Shown: positions 21,235 to 34,450, numbered from the stretch's first letter. The stretch is 64,000 nucleotides of DNA from an uncultured bacterium (GCA_963535415.1 CAUSVV010000002.1:100688-164687); one strand, 5' to 3'. Translations and numbers: made by a program. The notes: a model not told the origin generated them from the sequence alone.

Positions 21235-21798
21235 CTAAAGATCCTTGATATCAATATATTCATTTACCAAATCAATCTGTATCTGACCTCTCTCTAAATA
21301 ACTTCAAATTTTCTTCTCAAGCTGAGGGACCTCCTCTTCCTTGAACCTTAAATAATCCTCCTCTGCCATCTCTCAAAGGCTAAATAAACTAATATGAGGT
21401 TCGCTCTGAGAATTCATCATTTTCACACGAAGATAATAATTTTCTTGCTCTTGAACAAGCACCAGATATACCTGATTATCAACAAACGATCTCCAAACTT
21501 TCAACTGAGAAAACCAGATTTCTGACTTCTCTTCTAGCAGAGAATCCTGTTGAGAACAAGCATCCTCTCTCCCATTCTGTCTCCCTTCATTAGCAATAAA
21601 TAACTGAGAAATCTGATCTTGAGTAACCTCAGTTAGATACGCCAGCGTCAAATGAGGATTTTCTAAAGCCCTATGTTCAATTCATCTCTCCTGCAAAAAA
21701 ATCGAAATCTCCGTCCTAATACGCTGTAAACAAGACATTGATTGCAAAGTTGGCTTAAGGTATTTCCAAACTCTCTTGGGAGATTCAGCTTTTTCCAT
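21235..21798 (-). CDS. 2H phosphoesterase superfamily protein (LigT/ThpR-like)
   Basis: Two H-x-T/S-x motifs (PHLTLAYL and PHISLFSLG). Track ORF 21373-21651 extended in frame. Confidence 0.65.
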
Positions 21799-21819
21799 CA
21801 GTTTTTACGCATATAAAAA

Positions 21820-23034
21820 CTATAAAATCTTAAGTTCCTTGAGCGTTTTTTCATAAGCCGCATATTCCTCTGGATATTGCTTATTGAGAAAGTCTCTCAA
21901 TAACTCCTTCCATCATCCAAAGGTCAAAAGACTATCCTTGTCAGGAGTTTCCAACTTTTCCAAAAGATCATTGACCTTTTTCGTTGATTTCTTAAGCCTA
22001 AAATCCGCCAATTGCTCCCTAAGCTGATCATCAATCACACTATTTACTTGATCATAATTGAGCTGTTCAACCTTAAGATTCAAAGTTGTTTTTTTGAGAT
22101 TAAGAACTTGTTTTTCAAAAGTTCACAAAGGAAAAAAATTCTGATTTTCAAACTGCTTTTTCAAAAACTCTAAACATTCCTCATGAATCTTCTCAACATC
22201 TTGAGCAACCACAGGTCTTGATTGTTCAATTTGAAAATACGAATTGACCTGCTGCTCAAAAAATCAAAGCTGCCCATCTCTCCAAGTCCAAAGCCCCTTT
22301 ACCTGATTCATCTCCAGAGGGGAAGTCGCCCAAACACTTCCTGCACAAAAATAATTTTTAAAAACAAATGGCGCATGCAGATGCCCAGAAATCAGCTTAA
22401 TATCTGGATTATCCAAAAGTTGCTCAGAAAGTGCAATATCCTTAAATGAAAAACTCGAAAGATATCATGGGAACTGCTGTTTATTGGTATAATAGTGGTG
22501 AATAATTGTCAGCTTTTTTGCTTGCTTGATATATCAGTTCAAAAGCTGATTGATCTTCCCTGAGAAAACTTCATTTTTATCCTTTGACTGCAAAAGAGCC
22601 TCAGTCAATAGTGAGCTTCCTAGCTGATATTCAGGATATTTATTTTCATCAATATCTAAGCAAAACGGCAAAAACAAAATCTTCTCTCCCTCAATCTCGG
22701 TCAACATCGGCTCTGTAATAAAGTTAAGTTTCCCAGCTGATGAACTAGACTCTAAGAGATCAAAAACCCTCTTCCCCTCTTCAAAAACAAACGAATTTCC
22801 AAGCCAATCATGATTCCCCGCCAAAATATAGAGCGACCTCCCTTGAACATAAAGTTCTAGGAACCACTCAAAGAGAGACAACAATGCAGACCTATCATAA
22901 CTAAAATGATACACAAAATCTCACAGGAAAATCAGATTTTTTTCTTCTGGATGAGCCTGCACAAACTCACGAAGTGTAAAAAGCAAATCTGTCTTAATTT
23001 TACTATTGATATGAATATCTCAGATTAGGAGCAT
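21820..23034 (-). CDS. Calcineurin-like metallophosphoesterase (SbcD/Mre11-like)
   Basis: MLLIGDIHIN, FLGDFV, LAGNHD, and GHLH later in the sequence. Track ORF 22534-22914 extended through TGA. Confidence 0.7.
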
Positions 23035-23076
23035 AGTTCAATAAAAAATTTATAAATATCCAGCATGAATAAAGGA

Positions 23077-23916
23077 TTATGAAAGCTTCTCAAATAAAAA
23101 TCCCATCCCATCTCAGAGAATCACTTTATCCATAATGATACCTAAATACTTAGGAGCTAAGGTCTGATTTTTATATATTTTTTCTCAGTCTTGAGCGAAT
23201 ATTTCTCATGGCTGCAATTCTGAGAAGTTCTGATATGATTGTAGATAATGAAAATTTAATGTTTCTGGGAATATTTCTTCAAAAAATCTGAATATTTCAG
23301 TCTTTTTATCCTGTTCATCAAGATTCAAGTCAAGCATATCCATTTTAACAAGCAAACGGAGAATACTCTGCAATGCATTCTGAGATGCAAAATCATCAGC
23401 ATGAGAACCACATTCCACGCCAAGTCCAATACCACCATTACGATTTACAAAAGAAACAACAGACCCAGCACGATCAAAGTTTTCATCAACGAGCAAAATA
23501 TCAGTCTTTAAAACGTCTTTTGCAAAATCCAAATGTTTCAAATCAGCAATCCCAATCGTCTGATGAATCTCAGTTGGTACACTATGAATATCCAATGCAA
23601 CATCAAGCTTGTTTAATATTTCCATCAACTCAAGTAGCCTCTGATCTTCATACCTTGAAATATCCTGAGAAAATTTACCGATTCTATTCATATTCACATC
23701 AATAAATCTAACCGCACTTTGATAGGCCTTTGGATTCACTTGAATGAGATACACCTGTCCTGAAGTAATTTTATTGCTATAAGCATTCAAAAATAGCTCT
23801 TGGGCATATAAACCAGCTGGTTCATTCCCATGAGTTAAGGCAAAAATTCAGACTTTTTTCCCTGGTTGTTCTGAATCAATCATAAGCCCAATGCCTGGCA
23901 GGATACTATACTTCAT
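23077..23916 (-). CDS. Succinylglutamate desuccinylase/aspartoacylase (AstE/AspA) family zinc hydrolase
   Basis: FALTHGNEPAG zinc-binding motif, DIHS, and VECGSH. Track ORF 23206-23790 extended both ways. Confidence 0.7.
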
Positions 23917-23923
23917 CAGTCAA

Positions 23924-24586
23924 TTACAAAGAAGCTAAAGCTGATCTTATCTTTTCTTCCTTTGCCTTTTCATGCTTAGGATGAATAAATAATCCACAAT
24001 GAGCATTTTTTTCAAAAACTTCCCTTCCAATCAATGGTTCAAAAAAAGCAAGTCACTCTTCATATAACTTTCATGGGAAGGCTATCTTCTCATAATTATG
24101 ACGCTCCCAGATATGTTTCATAGAAGGATTAATCGTTCATCCAATAATAGCATCAAATTCTTGCAATGCAATGTCTGTATGCATTTTTGAAAAAAGCTGA
24201 GTTCCTATCTTTTTATTTTGATGAAAAGGATGAACAACTACAGCAGAAACTTCCCCAATTTTTGCATGCTCCTCTCACAAAAGATGGAGCTTTGAGGGCA
24301 CCATCTCTGCTGGATGACAGGTCGTATTTGCAATCAATTCTCAATCCAAAACACTGACCATAGAATAACGATAATATGATCATAAAGTATCTAAAGAACG
24401 GATTGCTACAGACTTATCTCTTTCATTACTCAAAGTAAGGAGCGCCAAAAGCTGATGAGAAAAATCAGTTTTTTCTAATAAATGTTCAGCTCTCCCATAA
24501 TAAATCTTTTCTCATTTAAGCTCTTGTATCTGGATAGATGGATTATTTTCTATCTGATTTCCCCTAGTATTTACTCACTTATTCAT
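23924..24586 (-). CDS. GNAT-family acetyltransferase
   Basis: Motif A-like VVVHPFHQNKKIGTQLF. Only 7 nt upstream of the AstE-family gene, so probably one operon. Frame assembled by hand through several TGA. Confidence 0.6.
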
Positions 24587-24639
24587 ACTACAATACAAAA
24601 TATTTTACTAAATAACCAGAAGGGAGAATCAGACAACTC

Positions 24640-25875
<1,236 letters not shown>

Positions 25876-25920
25876 GGAACATATCTTTAAAAGATAAAAA
25901 AATCTGAAATATACTAGTTA

Positions 25921-25975
25921 TTGTATAGTTTTATATCCAAACTTCAAATGAAAATTCAAAAAAAGTCTGATTTCA
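25921..25975 (-). repeat. Duplicated promoter module, copy 1 (drives serS)
   Basis: About 85 percent identical to 26762-26816. Minus strand reads TCAGACTTTTTTTGAATTTTCATTTGAAG-16-TACAAT. Confidence 0.6.
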
Positions 25976-26117
25976 TAAAATGGAATCTTCTCAAAAACAA
26001 AACAAAAAAGGTAGAGTATAATACTCCACCTTACACACACCATAAAAGAAAAACATTATGGATAGTGTTTCCATATAGGAATATAGAAATAAAATACAAC
26101 ATGAATTTTACTATTTT

Positions 26118-26723
26118 TTACTCGCAAAATTTCTTGTTAAATTTCAAGTATTGCAGATGAAGATAATGAGATTCTTTCTCTCTTAAAATAGATAATGCTT
26201 TACAGTTTTCAAGTAGAGCCTCATCAAATTGTTTCCCAGAAAAATCTAAATTACAAATAGGACTTGAATAAGAAAGTTCTGCGGGGTAAATATATCAGCA
26301 GTTTTCTTCTTGGAAAACTAGACTTTGATCTAAAATAAAAGAAGAAATCATATATTCCATAGATCCACCTCCTGACTTCTTTCAAAAAAGAAAATTTAGT
26401 TTTTTGTCTTTTATTCTCAAAAGAAAGGGAACCCTATCTACGACATCTGTTTCAAATTCTTGTAATATTTGTCGATTTTCACCCCATTTTTTTATTTGTA
26501 GCAAATAAGTTTGTTCTCATCTTGTTATAACTCTTAAATACCAATCTCCTAATTGATATAATATTTCTCATGTCTGAGAGACTGAAAATGTTAAAGGAAT
26601 TCAACTTTCAACTAACCCCTTCAAATGAAATAAAGCGTCCTTTTTTTGAAACAATCTTTGATTTTGGAAGAAGCAAAAAAAAGAAAATAGCAAAAATAGA
26701 AGCCCAATAATTTTTTTTCTCAT
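26118..26723 (-). CDS. Hypothetical secreted protein (201 aa)
   Basis: Signal-like N-terminus MRKKIIGLLFLLFSFFCFF. Frame assembled through five TGA. TAA at 26118. Confidence 0.55.
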
Positions 26724-26761
26724 GTACAAAAAATTTAATACAATTGTAAAAATTGTTAACA

Positions 26762-26816
26762 TCATTATATCGTTTTATATCAAAACTTCAAATGAAAACT
26801 CAAAAAAGTCTGATTT
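26762..26816 (-). repeat. Duplicated promoter module, copy 2 (drives gene 26118-26723)
   Basis: TTGAAG-16-TATAAT in the same sequence context as copy 1. Confidence 0.6.
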
Positions 26817-26936
26817 TTTTTATTTTTAATCCTCCACAACACGAAGCACCACAATATCAACAAATTCCACAAAGAAAGTATTGACATTATTAAATAAATA
26901 CATATACATTATTAACAAAATAAAAAATAATGTATT

Positions 26937-27239
26937 ATGATCACTAAATCAAAAAAAGAGATCCTTTACTGGATTTGTGTTTGGAGACAGTTAAAAGTTC
27001 ATTGCTTTAAAGTAAGATTATGGTGGGCATCACTAGTATCTGGTAGCTTGATTACTCTGATGTTCTTAATTGAAAACGCAGAAAATCCCTCAAGATCGCC
27101 TGATATCCTCCTAGTACCGATCTTGCTTTGTACTATTATAGTCATTATAAAAATAGCAGATACATTTGTTAAAGCAAACGAGCTCCATAGTAGACTTATC
27201 TCAATCATGGAAATAAGATTCTCCAAAAAAAGTCTATAG
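26937..27239 (+). CDS. Small membrane protein (100 aa, 2 TM)
   Basis: Intact ORF followed by terminator AGTCTATAGCG-TTTT-CGCTGTAGACTTTT at about 27226-27262. Confidence 0.55.
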   Translation: MITKSKKEILYWICVWRQLKVHCFKVRLWWASLVSGSLITLMFLIENAENPSRSPDILLVPILLCTIIVIIKIADTFVKANELHSRLISIMEIRFSKKSL

Positions 27240-27301
27240 CGTTTTCGCTGTAGACTTTTCTGATTAAGAAGAAAGAAATCTGACTTTCCTCCTCTGTTTA
27301 C

Positions 27302-27931
27302 TTATTTCCCATTTACTGAAACAATCTGCTGGTTGTATTTATTCTGCTCAATTAAATCGACCATTGCTAATGCATAATCTGCATAACTAATAGCACTTTC
27401 TCCTCTGCTATTCAATGCAAATTCACCATTTCAGAGGCTATAAGCTCCTCTATTCTCAATCTCAGGTCTAAAGTCAGCTGGTGGGCAAACATAAATCCAA
27501 TTTACATTAGCCCTTTCTCTAAGCTCTAGAAAAGCTTCTGCCTCAACATCAGCTAAAACCTTAAATTCAGCTGGGAAATCTGGAGAGTCAACCAATCTAA
27601 CTCCCTTTTCCTTATCTACAATCAAACTTCCTGCTCATCAAACTATGAATAACTTACCATTTTGTCACTCCACAAGATCTGCAAGGTGTCTAAGAGAAGT
27701 AATATGAAAAGGAAATTGTTCCTCATTCCACACACCGAAAGCATCTACAACAGCATCAAATCCCTGCAAATCCTCACGGGTCAAGGCAAAAAGATCCTTT
27801 TGTAAAACATGCTGTGCTTGAGACTGATTTTCACTGCGGACAATAGCCGTTACATCAAATCCTCTTTTTACCGCCTCATTTGCGATCAATTTACCAGCTT
27901 TCCCATTCGCTCCAATTACTGCAATTTTCAT
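27302..27931 (-). CDS. NAD(P)H-binding NmrA/YwnB-like atypical SDR
   Basis: MKIAVIGANGKAGK Rossmann motif and GGAGSL (both Gly encoded by TGA). Track ORFs 27665-27931 and 27431-27625 share a frame. Confidence 0.8.
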
Positions 27932-28133
27932 TATTTTAATATTCTTTAATAAAGTAAATCACTTTCTTTTGTAAAGTTAAGTGTTGGCGTACTTATAGTG
28001 AAAAAAATAAAATTTTCAATAGGCGAAAGACAATCTACTTACCAAAAAGTAAGCACGAGAAAAACAACTTTACTTTTTACACTAAATTACTATAGTCAAG
28101 TAACTATCTTTTAGTTCAAAAAAGAAAAATCTG

Positions 28134-28451
28134 ATGGAATCCTCTATTCAAGCACGGTCAAGCGAATGTCCAATTTATCAGCTTTTTGAAACCTTTGGTA
28201 AAAAGCGGACCCTCCATATTCTCCAAACACTATCTGAGGGGATTTCCAGCTTCTCAGGCATCATGAGAAGACTCCCACAAATAAACTCAAAAGTGCTCAC
28301 TGAAAGATTGGACCTTTTATTAGAAAAAAACCTGATTATCAGAGAAGTTTCTCAGTCAAAGCCGCTAAAAATCAATTACTATCTCAGCCCAGAGTGAAAA
28401 GCTCTCCAAGAACAGCTCAATCAGCTCGCAAACCGAGTCTTATCCAAATAA
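28134..28451 (+). CDS. HxlR-family transcriptional regulator
   Basis: CPIYQLFETFGKKRTLHILQTL..SKVLTERLDLLLEKNLIIRE..INYYLSPEG. Divergent from the NmrA-like gene, a pairing typical of this family. Confidence 0.8.
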
Positions 28452-28474
28452 AAAAGAAAAATCTGACTTTCCCG

Positions 28475-29080
28475 CTATTTTTTCCTAATTTCTTCGACTA
28501 GCTCAGGAAACTCAGCCTGATTAAAATGTCCCCTATCTTCAAACATTCTCAGCTGAGAACCAGCAATCTGCGATTGAATACGCACACTATGCTGATAAGG
28601 AACCACTGGATCATCTTTTGAACTCCAAATCACAATCTTCTCCGCTTTTCACGAGATATTTTTCACGGTAGCAAAATCATAGGCGAAATCTCATAAATAA
28701 TTATCCCCCTCTGGTAATCCCTCAGCATCCAGCACAGGAGCGACCAAATGCAACTGAGCGACCTTTTTTGGAAACTGATTTTCAGCAAAATATTTGACCA
28801 AAAACATCGCGCCAAGCGAATGCCCAATCAAAATCAGCTCTTCATCATCCAAAAACTGAAAATACTTCTCAAACCAAAGCTTCCAAGTGCTATAACGTGC
28901 CATATCTTTATTTGGCATTTCAGGTTTTATAACGACAAACTCAGGCAACCTTTCCTGTAAAACCAGTCTTCGCCTCTTTTTTTCTTCAAAAGGATTCACC
29001 TCCCAAGTTTGCATGACTTTTAGAAGTTCATCATTATCTTTTATCAAATTTCACCCATGAATAAATACAATTTGCCTCAT
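28475..29080 (-). CDS. Alpha/beta hydrolase (YdeN/RBBP9-like serine hydrolase)
   Basis: FIHGG, nucleophile elbow GHSLGA, and C-terminal DRGHF. Track ORF 28691-29047 extended in frame. Confidence 0.75.
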
Positions 29081-29189
29081 CTTGCAAAAAAAAGATAAAA
29101 AATCTGAATTTCAGTCTACTATTTCCTCTCAATAAATCAAGGACAAAAAAACATCTTGACATTTAAGAGTAATTCCTTATTTCTAAAAG

Positions 29190-29272
29190 TAGAATGAAGT
29201 TTTTTCTAATCACAACATTCTAAAAGAGTTCCTTATTCACGAAAATCCTCAGTTTTCTACTGAGGATTTTTT
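29190..29272 (+). ncRNA. Candidate short transcript 1 (weak promoter, clear terminator)
   Basis: TTGACA at 29156 with a poor -10. Terminator ATCCTCAG-loop-CTGAGGATTTTTT at 29245-29272. No upstream plus-strand gene it could terminate. Contains a 9-codon ORF, MKFFLITTF. Confidence 0.3.
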
Positions 29273-29356
29273 CATATAATAACTTAAAATAAAGGCAAAG
29301 ATCTGAATCTTTGTTTTTATACTTGACTTTTAAAAGAAATTTCATATATTCATCAA

Positions 29357-29443
29357 ACAATGATCCATACATAAATTAAGTAAATTAGTACATTAAAAAC
29401 AGTTGAACTTCTCAAGTATTCTTGGGAAGTTTTCCTTTATTTT
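29357..29443 (+). ncRNA. Candidate short transcript 2
   Basis: TTGACT(29323)-16-TATATT(29345), then hairpin AACTTCTCAAG-TATT-CTTGGGAAGTT and a T-rich tail ending at about 29443. A separate TTGCAA-17-TATAAT promoter (29470-29498) serves the downstream CDS. Confidence 0.35.
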
Positions 29444-29528
29444 AAAAACAAAATTCTAAACCTGAAAACTTGCAAAACAAAAGCAATACCTATATAATTA
29501 AAGTAAACTTTTATTTGCTTGGATACTC

Positions 29529-29921
29529 ATGATAAACACAGCCCAGAGTTCAGAAGAAATTATGCATCAAGTTATCAAAAAATTCTCAAAAGAGAAAGGG
29601 TTTCCTGAAGACTACTGCAATGTTGCAAGCAAAGAACTTTTTGATATTCTTAAAACTAAAGGGAAAGATGTCAGACTTCAGTTTTCATACCTCGAAAAAG
29701 GGGAAGGTCACCGCTTTGTAGTAGAAAAAGACTGAGATAAAGAAACAATCCTTGATCCCACCTATGCTCAATATGATAAAAACTATACAAAAGGTTTCAG
29801 TGGAGAAAAATTTCCAGAGCAAACTCTAGAGGGAAATAGATCTGAACCAGAAGAATTTATGAAACTTCAGAAAAAATGGTTTGAGGAGTGAGTTTATGAA
29901 GACATCTTCAAAAATAAATAA
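29529..29921 (+). CDS. Small transglutaminase-like (Cys-His-Asp) protein, tentative
   Basis: 130 aa. YCNVASKELFDILKTKGKDVRLQFSY..GEGHRFVVEKDGDKETILDPTY fits the transglutaminase-core C..H..D spacing. Track ORF 29529-29735 extended through two TGA. Confidence 0.5.
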
Positions 29922-30102
29922 ACCTGACTTGATTTTTGTACCAATTTCATATATCTTATATACTACGTAATTGATCATATGTTTGATTTTTGTAGTTTTC
30001 AGACAAAATCCTCAAGAATACTTGAGGATTTTTTTGATTATCAGTTGCAATCTGAAAACATTTTTTTATACTCAGAAACTGATTTACTTACTTATCAAGC
30101 TG

Positions 30103-31683
30103 ATGTTTCAACTCAAGGCGAGCTACCTTCCTGCTGGAGACCAACCCAAAGCGATTGATCAGATTTCTCGTGCCTTTGATGAGTGAAAACATCATCTAAC
30201 TCTACTATGAGCGACAGGAACTGGTAAAACCTTTACCATGGCAAATATTATCCAAAAAGTTCAAAAGCCGACCCTGGTGATTTCTCACAACAAAACCCTA
30301 GCTGCTCAGCTCGCAACCGAATTCAAATCATTTTTTCCTGATAACGCAGTACATTACTTTGTTTCCTACTTTGATTATTACCAGCCAGAAAGCTACCTCC
30401 CAAGCTCTGGAACCTACATTGAAAAAGAAGCTACTATCAACCAAGAAATCGAGATGTACAGACTCGCAACAATGGCATCACTCCTCAGTAGACCAGATGT
30501 GATCGTAGTTGCATCTGCATCATCACTCTATGGACTTGGACAGAGTAGATTCTTTGAAGAAAACTGTCTCCAGCTCTATGTAAACCACAAATATAGCTTT
30601 GATGCGATCAAAAAACAGCTCCTTCATATGCAATACAAACCTATCCAAGGGAAAATAGAAGCAGGAATGTTTGAGATCAAATGAGATATCCTTGATATTT
30701 TCTCCTCTACAGAAAAATGTCTCTACCGCTGCTTTTTTGATGAAGAGACACTTGAGAGGATAGAAAAGAGAGATTCATTAAGCTATGAGCTCCTAGAACC
30801 TGTCCAGAAAACCATGCTCTGGCCAGCCACACAATACCTTCAAGATGTATCAGACCTGGAAAAAATCCTCCAACAAATGGATGCCGAAAAAGAGCTCAGA
30901 GTTAAAGAATTTGAGAAAATGGGAATGGCTCTAGAGGCAGAAAGGATTAAGAAAAAAGTAGAATATGACATTAGAATGATCAGAGAAACCTGATTTGTCA
31001 ACGGAATCGAAAACTACTCTCTCTACTTTGACCAAAGACTCCCTGGAGAACCACCAAATACAATTTTTGATTATTTCCCAGATGATTTCTTGATGATTGT
31101 AGACGAGTCTCATATGACAATCCCTCAGCTCAGAGCAATGGCTGAAGGAGATAGAGCGAGAAAAAATAATCTTATCCGCTATGGATTCCGCTTACCTTCA
31201 GCAATTGATCATAGACCACTGAGATTTGAGGAACTTGAGGTTTCTCTTTGACGAAAATCTCTAGATACCGTAAAACTTGATCAAGCGACTCAAGACCTAG
31301 AGCTTGTTTCAACCGCTCATCAGCAGGTACTTGATACCTCATCAATCATCAAAAGCGAGGCAAGAAAAGCAAATCACTACTCTAGCCTCAAACAAAAAAT
31401 AAAAAGCTGATCAAAGGCCATCTTTCTTTCAGCAACTCCAGCTGAATATGAATTAGAGCTTTCTGAACAGGTTGTTGAGCAGATCATTAGGCCAACAGGA
31501 TTACTTGATCCAATTACCTATGTCTATCCAAAATCCTGAGATTACGCGATGCTGATAGACTCTCTAGATCCTCTTCTCAAAAAGAAGCCGCACTTAGATA
31601 CCTATCTAGAGACCCCTCCTAGTGAGGAACAAAACTCAAGTGAACTCCAGCATCTCTTTGAAGATATGGCTTCTGTTGAATAA
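30103..31683 (+). CDS. uvrB: Excinuclease ABC subunit B, lacking the C-terminal helicase domain and UvrC-binding domain
   Basis: [11 protein letters not shown], Walker [50 protein letters not shown] and [10 protein letters not shown]. The ORF then ends at TAA 31681 after about 40 unrelated residues. Confidence 0.85.
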
Positions 31684-31764
31684 AAATAAAAAACTAAATC
31701 AAAAATCTGGTTTCTTTCTTTTTTTGAAATCAAATCGCTTGGTTTTAGCTTTTGAATACCCAAG

Positions 31765-32820
31765 ATGTGAATTATCACCTCAGAAAATAGTTACATAAGC
31801 ATCACAGCTGCTCAAAAGGAGAAAATAGCACAGCTCAACTATCTCACAAATAAATTATCCCTCATGAAAAACGAATATCAAGTCCAACATGGGATTTGGA
31901 TCTTAATTGATGAAATAGAAAAATCTCAAACTCCTTATACCATAGATGAATACTGATTTATGCTAACTATCCATCTTCCAAACGGACAAAATAGGATCAT
32001 CTATCACGCAGACTATGGTTTTGATAGTTCGACACTGAGAAGAATCTTTGAGGACAAAATCTACACCTCAAAAATTCTTAAAAAAAACTGATTTTTAGTC
32101 GCGGAAGATATGCTCGTTGCTAGAGAAAATACAAGATATAGCAACCCAGACAATACTACTTCTGCCTGTATCCAATTTGCAGAAAAATACGGATATCCAC
32201 TAATATTCAAACCAAATGATGGAAGCCTCTGATCTTGAGTTTCAAAGATATTTGATAAAAATCAGTTATTAGCTACGCTTTCTCATTTCAATCAGAGCAA
32301 TAAAGGTATGCATCTCTTGCAAACCTACATTCCAGGTAGAGATTATAGAATACTCTATTTGGATGGAGAGATCCTAGTTGCCTACGAGAGAATCCCGCCA
32401 ACCATTACAGGAGATGGACAAAATACAATTAAAAACCTGATTGAAAAAGACTTTCCAACGATCAACCAGAAAAAAGTTGAACACTACCTCGAACCCCAAG
32501 GAATCAAGACAGAAACAATCTTACAAAAAAACAAGGCACTGTCTCTCCTACCAACTGCAAACATTGCAACCTGAGGGACAATCAGAGAGATCAAACACAC
32601 AGACCGTGATACTACATTTCTAAGGAAAATCGCAGCAGCTTTCTGAGCAAGATACTTCTGAATTGATATCATCTCAGAGGGAGAACTAGCTGATGGATAT
32701 ATCCTAGAGATCAATAAGTCTCCAATCACAAAATGAATCTGCGAATACTCACCAGCTTTCAAAAACCTTTTCTCAACAAAAATACGAACCACCATACAAA
32801 AAGATGAAAAACTCATCTAA
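31765..32820 (+). CDS. ATP-grasp domain protein (RimK / cyanophycin-synthetase-like)
   Basis: YPLIFKPNDGSLGSGVSKI, LLQTYIPGRDYRILYLDGEILVAYER, and FGIDII..ILEINKSP. Track ORF 32308-32574 extended in frame. Confidence 0.7.
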
Positions 32821-32856
32821 TCCAAAATATCCAGCTTTATTTCTAGTCAATTTTGT

Positions 32857-34440
32857 ATGAAAACTCTCACAAAAATCGTCAATATTTTAATCAAAGTCTT
32901 CCTGATTGGACTCTTTCTCCAATTTTTTCTCCATACCCTCCTCACTTACAAGTTCTGACGAAGCGAAGGTATCCGAAACTGAGTCCGACTACGAAAAGAA
33001 GCACTCATTTTCATCTTTATGCTCATTGCTGGGCAGCTCCTAGTACAAAAATACCTTTTATCATGAGAGGAAACCCGAAAAATATCTCGAAAACAGCTCT
33101 TGCAGACCTCTTTTTTCAGATTTATTTGTTGATTTCTAATCCTCTGCATAGTTACAGCATTCCTCGCAGTCATTGTTCAAAAAGTCAGTATCTCAACCTA
33201 TATTCTCTCAGCAAAGTATGACCTAATCTGATTCCTCATATTTATTCTCTGAGGACTACTCGCCCGAGCACTCCCTATCAATAGTAAATTTCACAAGCGA
33301 TACGAAAACCTTTTTAAATGAGCAATTTATGGAGGAGTAATTTGGTGGGCAATCATTGAACTACTTCCGAGCTTTCTTAAACTCTTTGGTTATTCTCGTG
33401 ATAGTTTTGAGGGAACGCTGACTGGAAACCCTCCTGCCGTTTACTACACACAGATCAACCAATGACTCGCAAGAAATCAATTCCTCTTTGAGAGACCTAT
33501 CAGCTTTGGTTTCTGGTTGATCGCATTCTGGCCACTTTTTGCTCTCACCTACCTTAGAAAACAGTCTAGAAGAACTCAAATCTGACGAACTATCGCAACA
33601 GGAGCAATCGTTCTCTCAACGTATTCAAGAGCCGCCATCGGAGTATGGATCATTCAAACAGCAGTCCTTATCCTCCTTCTTCATCGAAAAGACGCGAAAA
33701 AAATTATTATAAAAATCTGAATTCCAGCTTTTATCCTCTTACTTTGAGCGTTTTTCTACTTTAGAGGAGCATTCGCCAGAGAGCACAGCAATACCGGACA
33801 TATTAAACTCCTCGAAGCTGGTATTGAACTAGGATTACAAAATCCTCTCTTTGGACGAGGAGCAGGATACTCTGGACCAGCCTCACATCAGCTCTGCCTA
33901 AACGCAACTACAGATACAAGATGCGCTACCATCACTGAAATCAACCAAAAATATAGCATGGATACTCCAGGTTTCAATCCAGAAAACCAATATGTGCAGA
34001 TCTTTATGGAATATGGGATACTCGGCTTCATCCCATGGATATTTTGTTTTGGACGACTCCTTTGGCAAGGACTCAAAGAAATCAGAACCTACCTAATAGA
34101 AGTCAAAAAATGAAAAAAAGCTGATCAAAAAAAACTAACTCAAATACTGATAGCAATCGGGCTTGGACTCTGACTCTTCGGACTCGCTATTGAGGGACTG
34201 GTACTGCATTCCTTTGTTGATAGAATGATCGTCTATCCATTTATGCTCATCTTCTGAATTCGATATGGACAAAGACTAGCAGATAATCAAGTCTTCAACT
34301 GAGAAGATCTCGAGAATCCTAATACACCTACTTTAGAGAAAAATTCCTGAACAAAACCAACGCAGTGAAAAAAATCAACACAATGAACAAAGTCTAAAGC
34401 AAAGAAAAAGAACAATAAGAAAAAATCAAAGAGAAAATAA
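32857..34440 (+). CDS. O-antigen ligase/polymerase (Wzy_C)-like polytopic membrane protein
   Basis: About 10 hydrophobic segments, central loop NPLFGRGAGYSGPASH..ENQYVQIFMEYGILGF, and a Lys-rich C-terminal tail. About 17 in-frame TGA, so it is absent from the track. Confidence 0.65.
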
Positions 34441-34450
34441 TCTTTAAATC

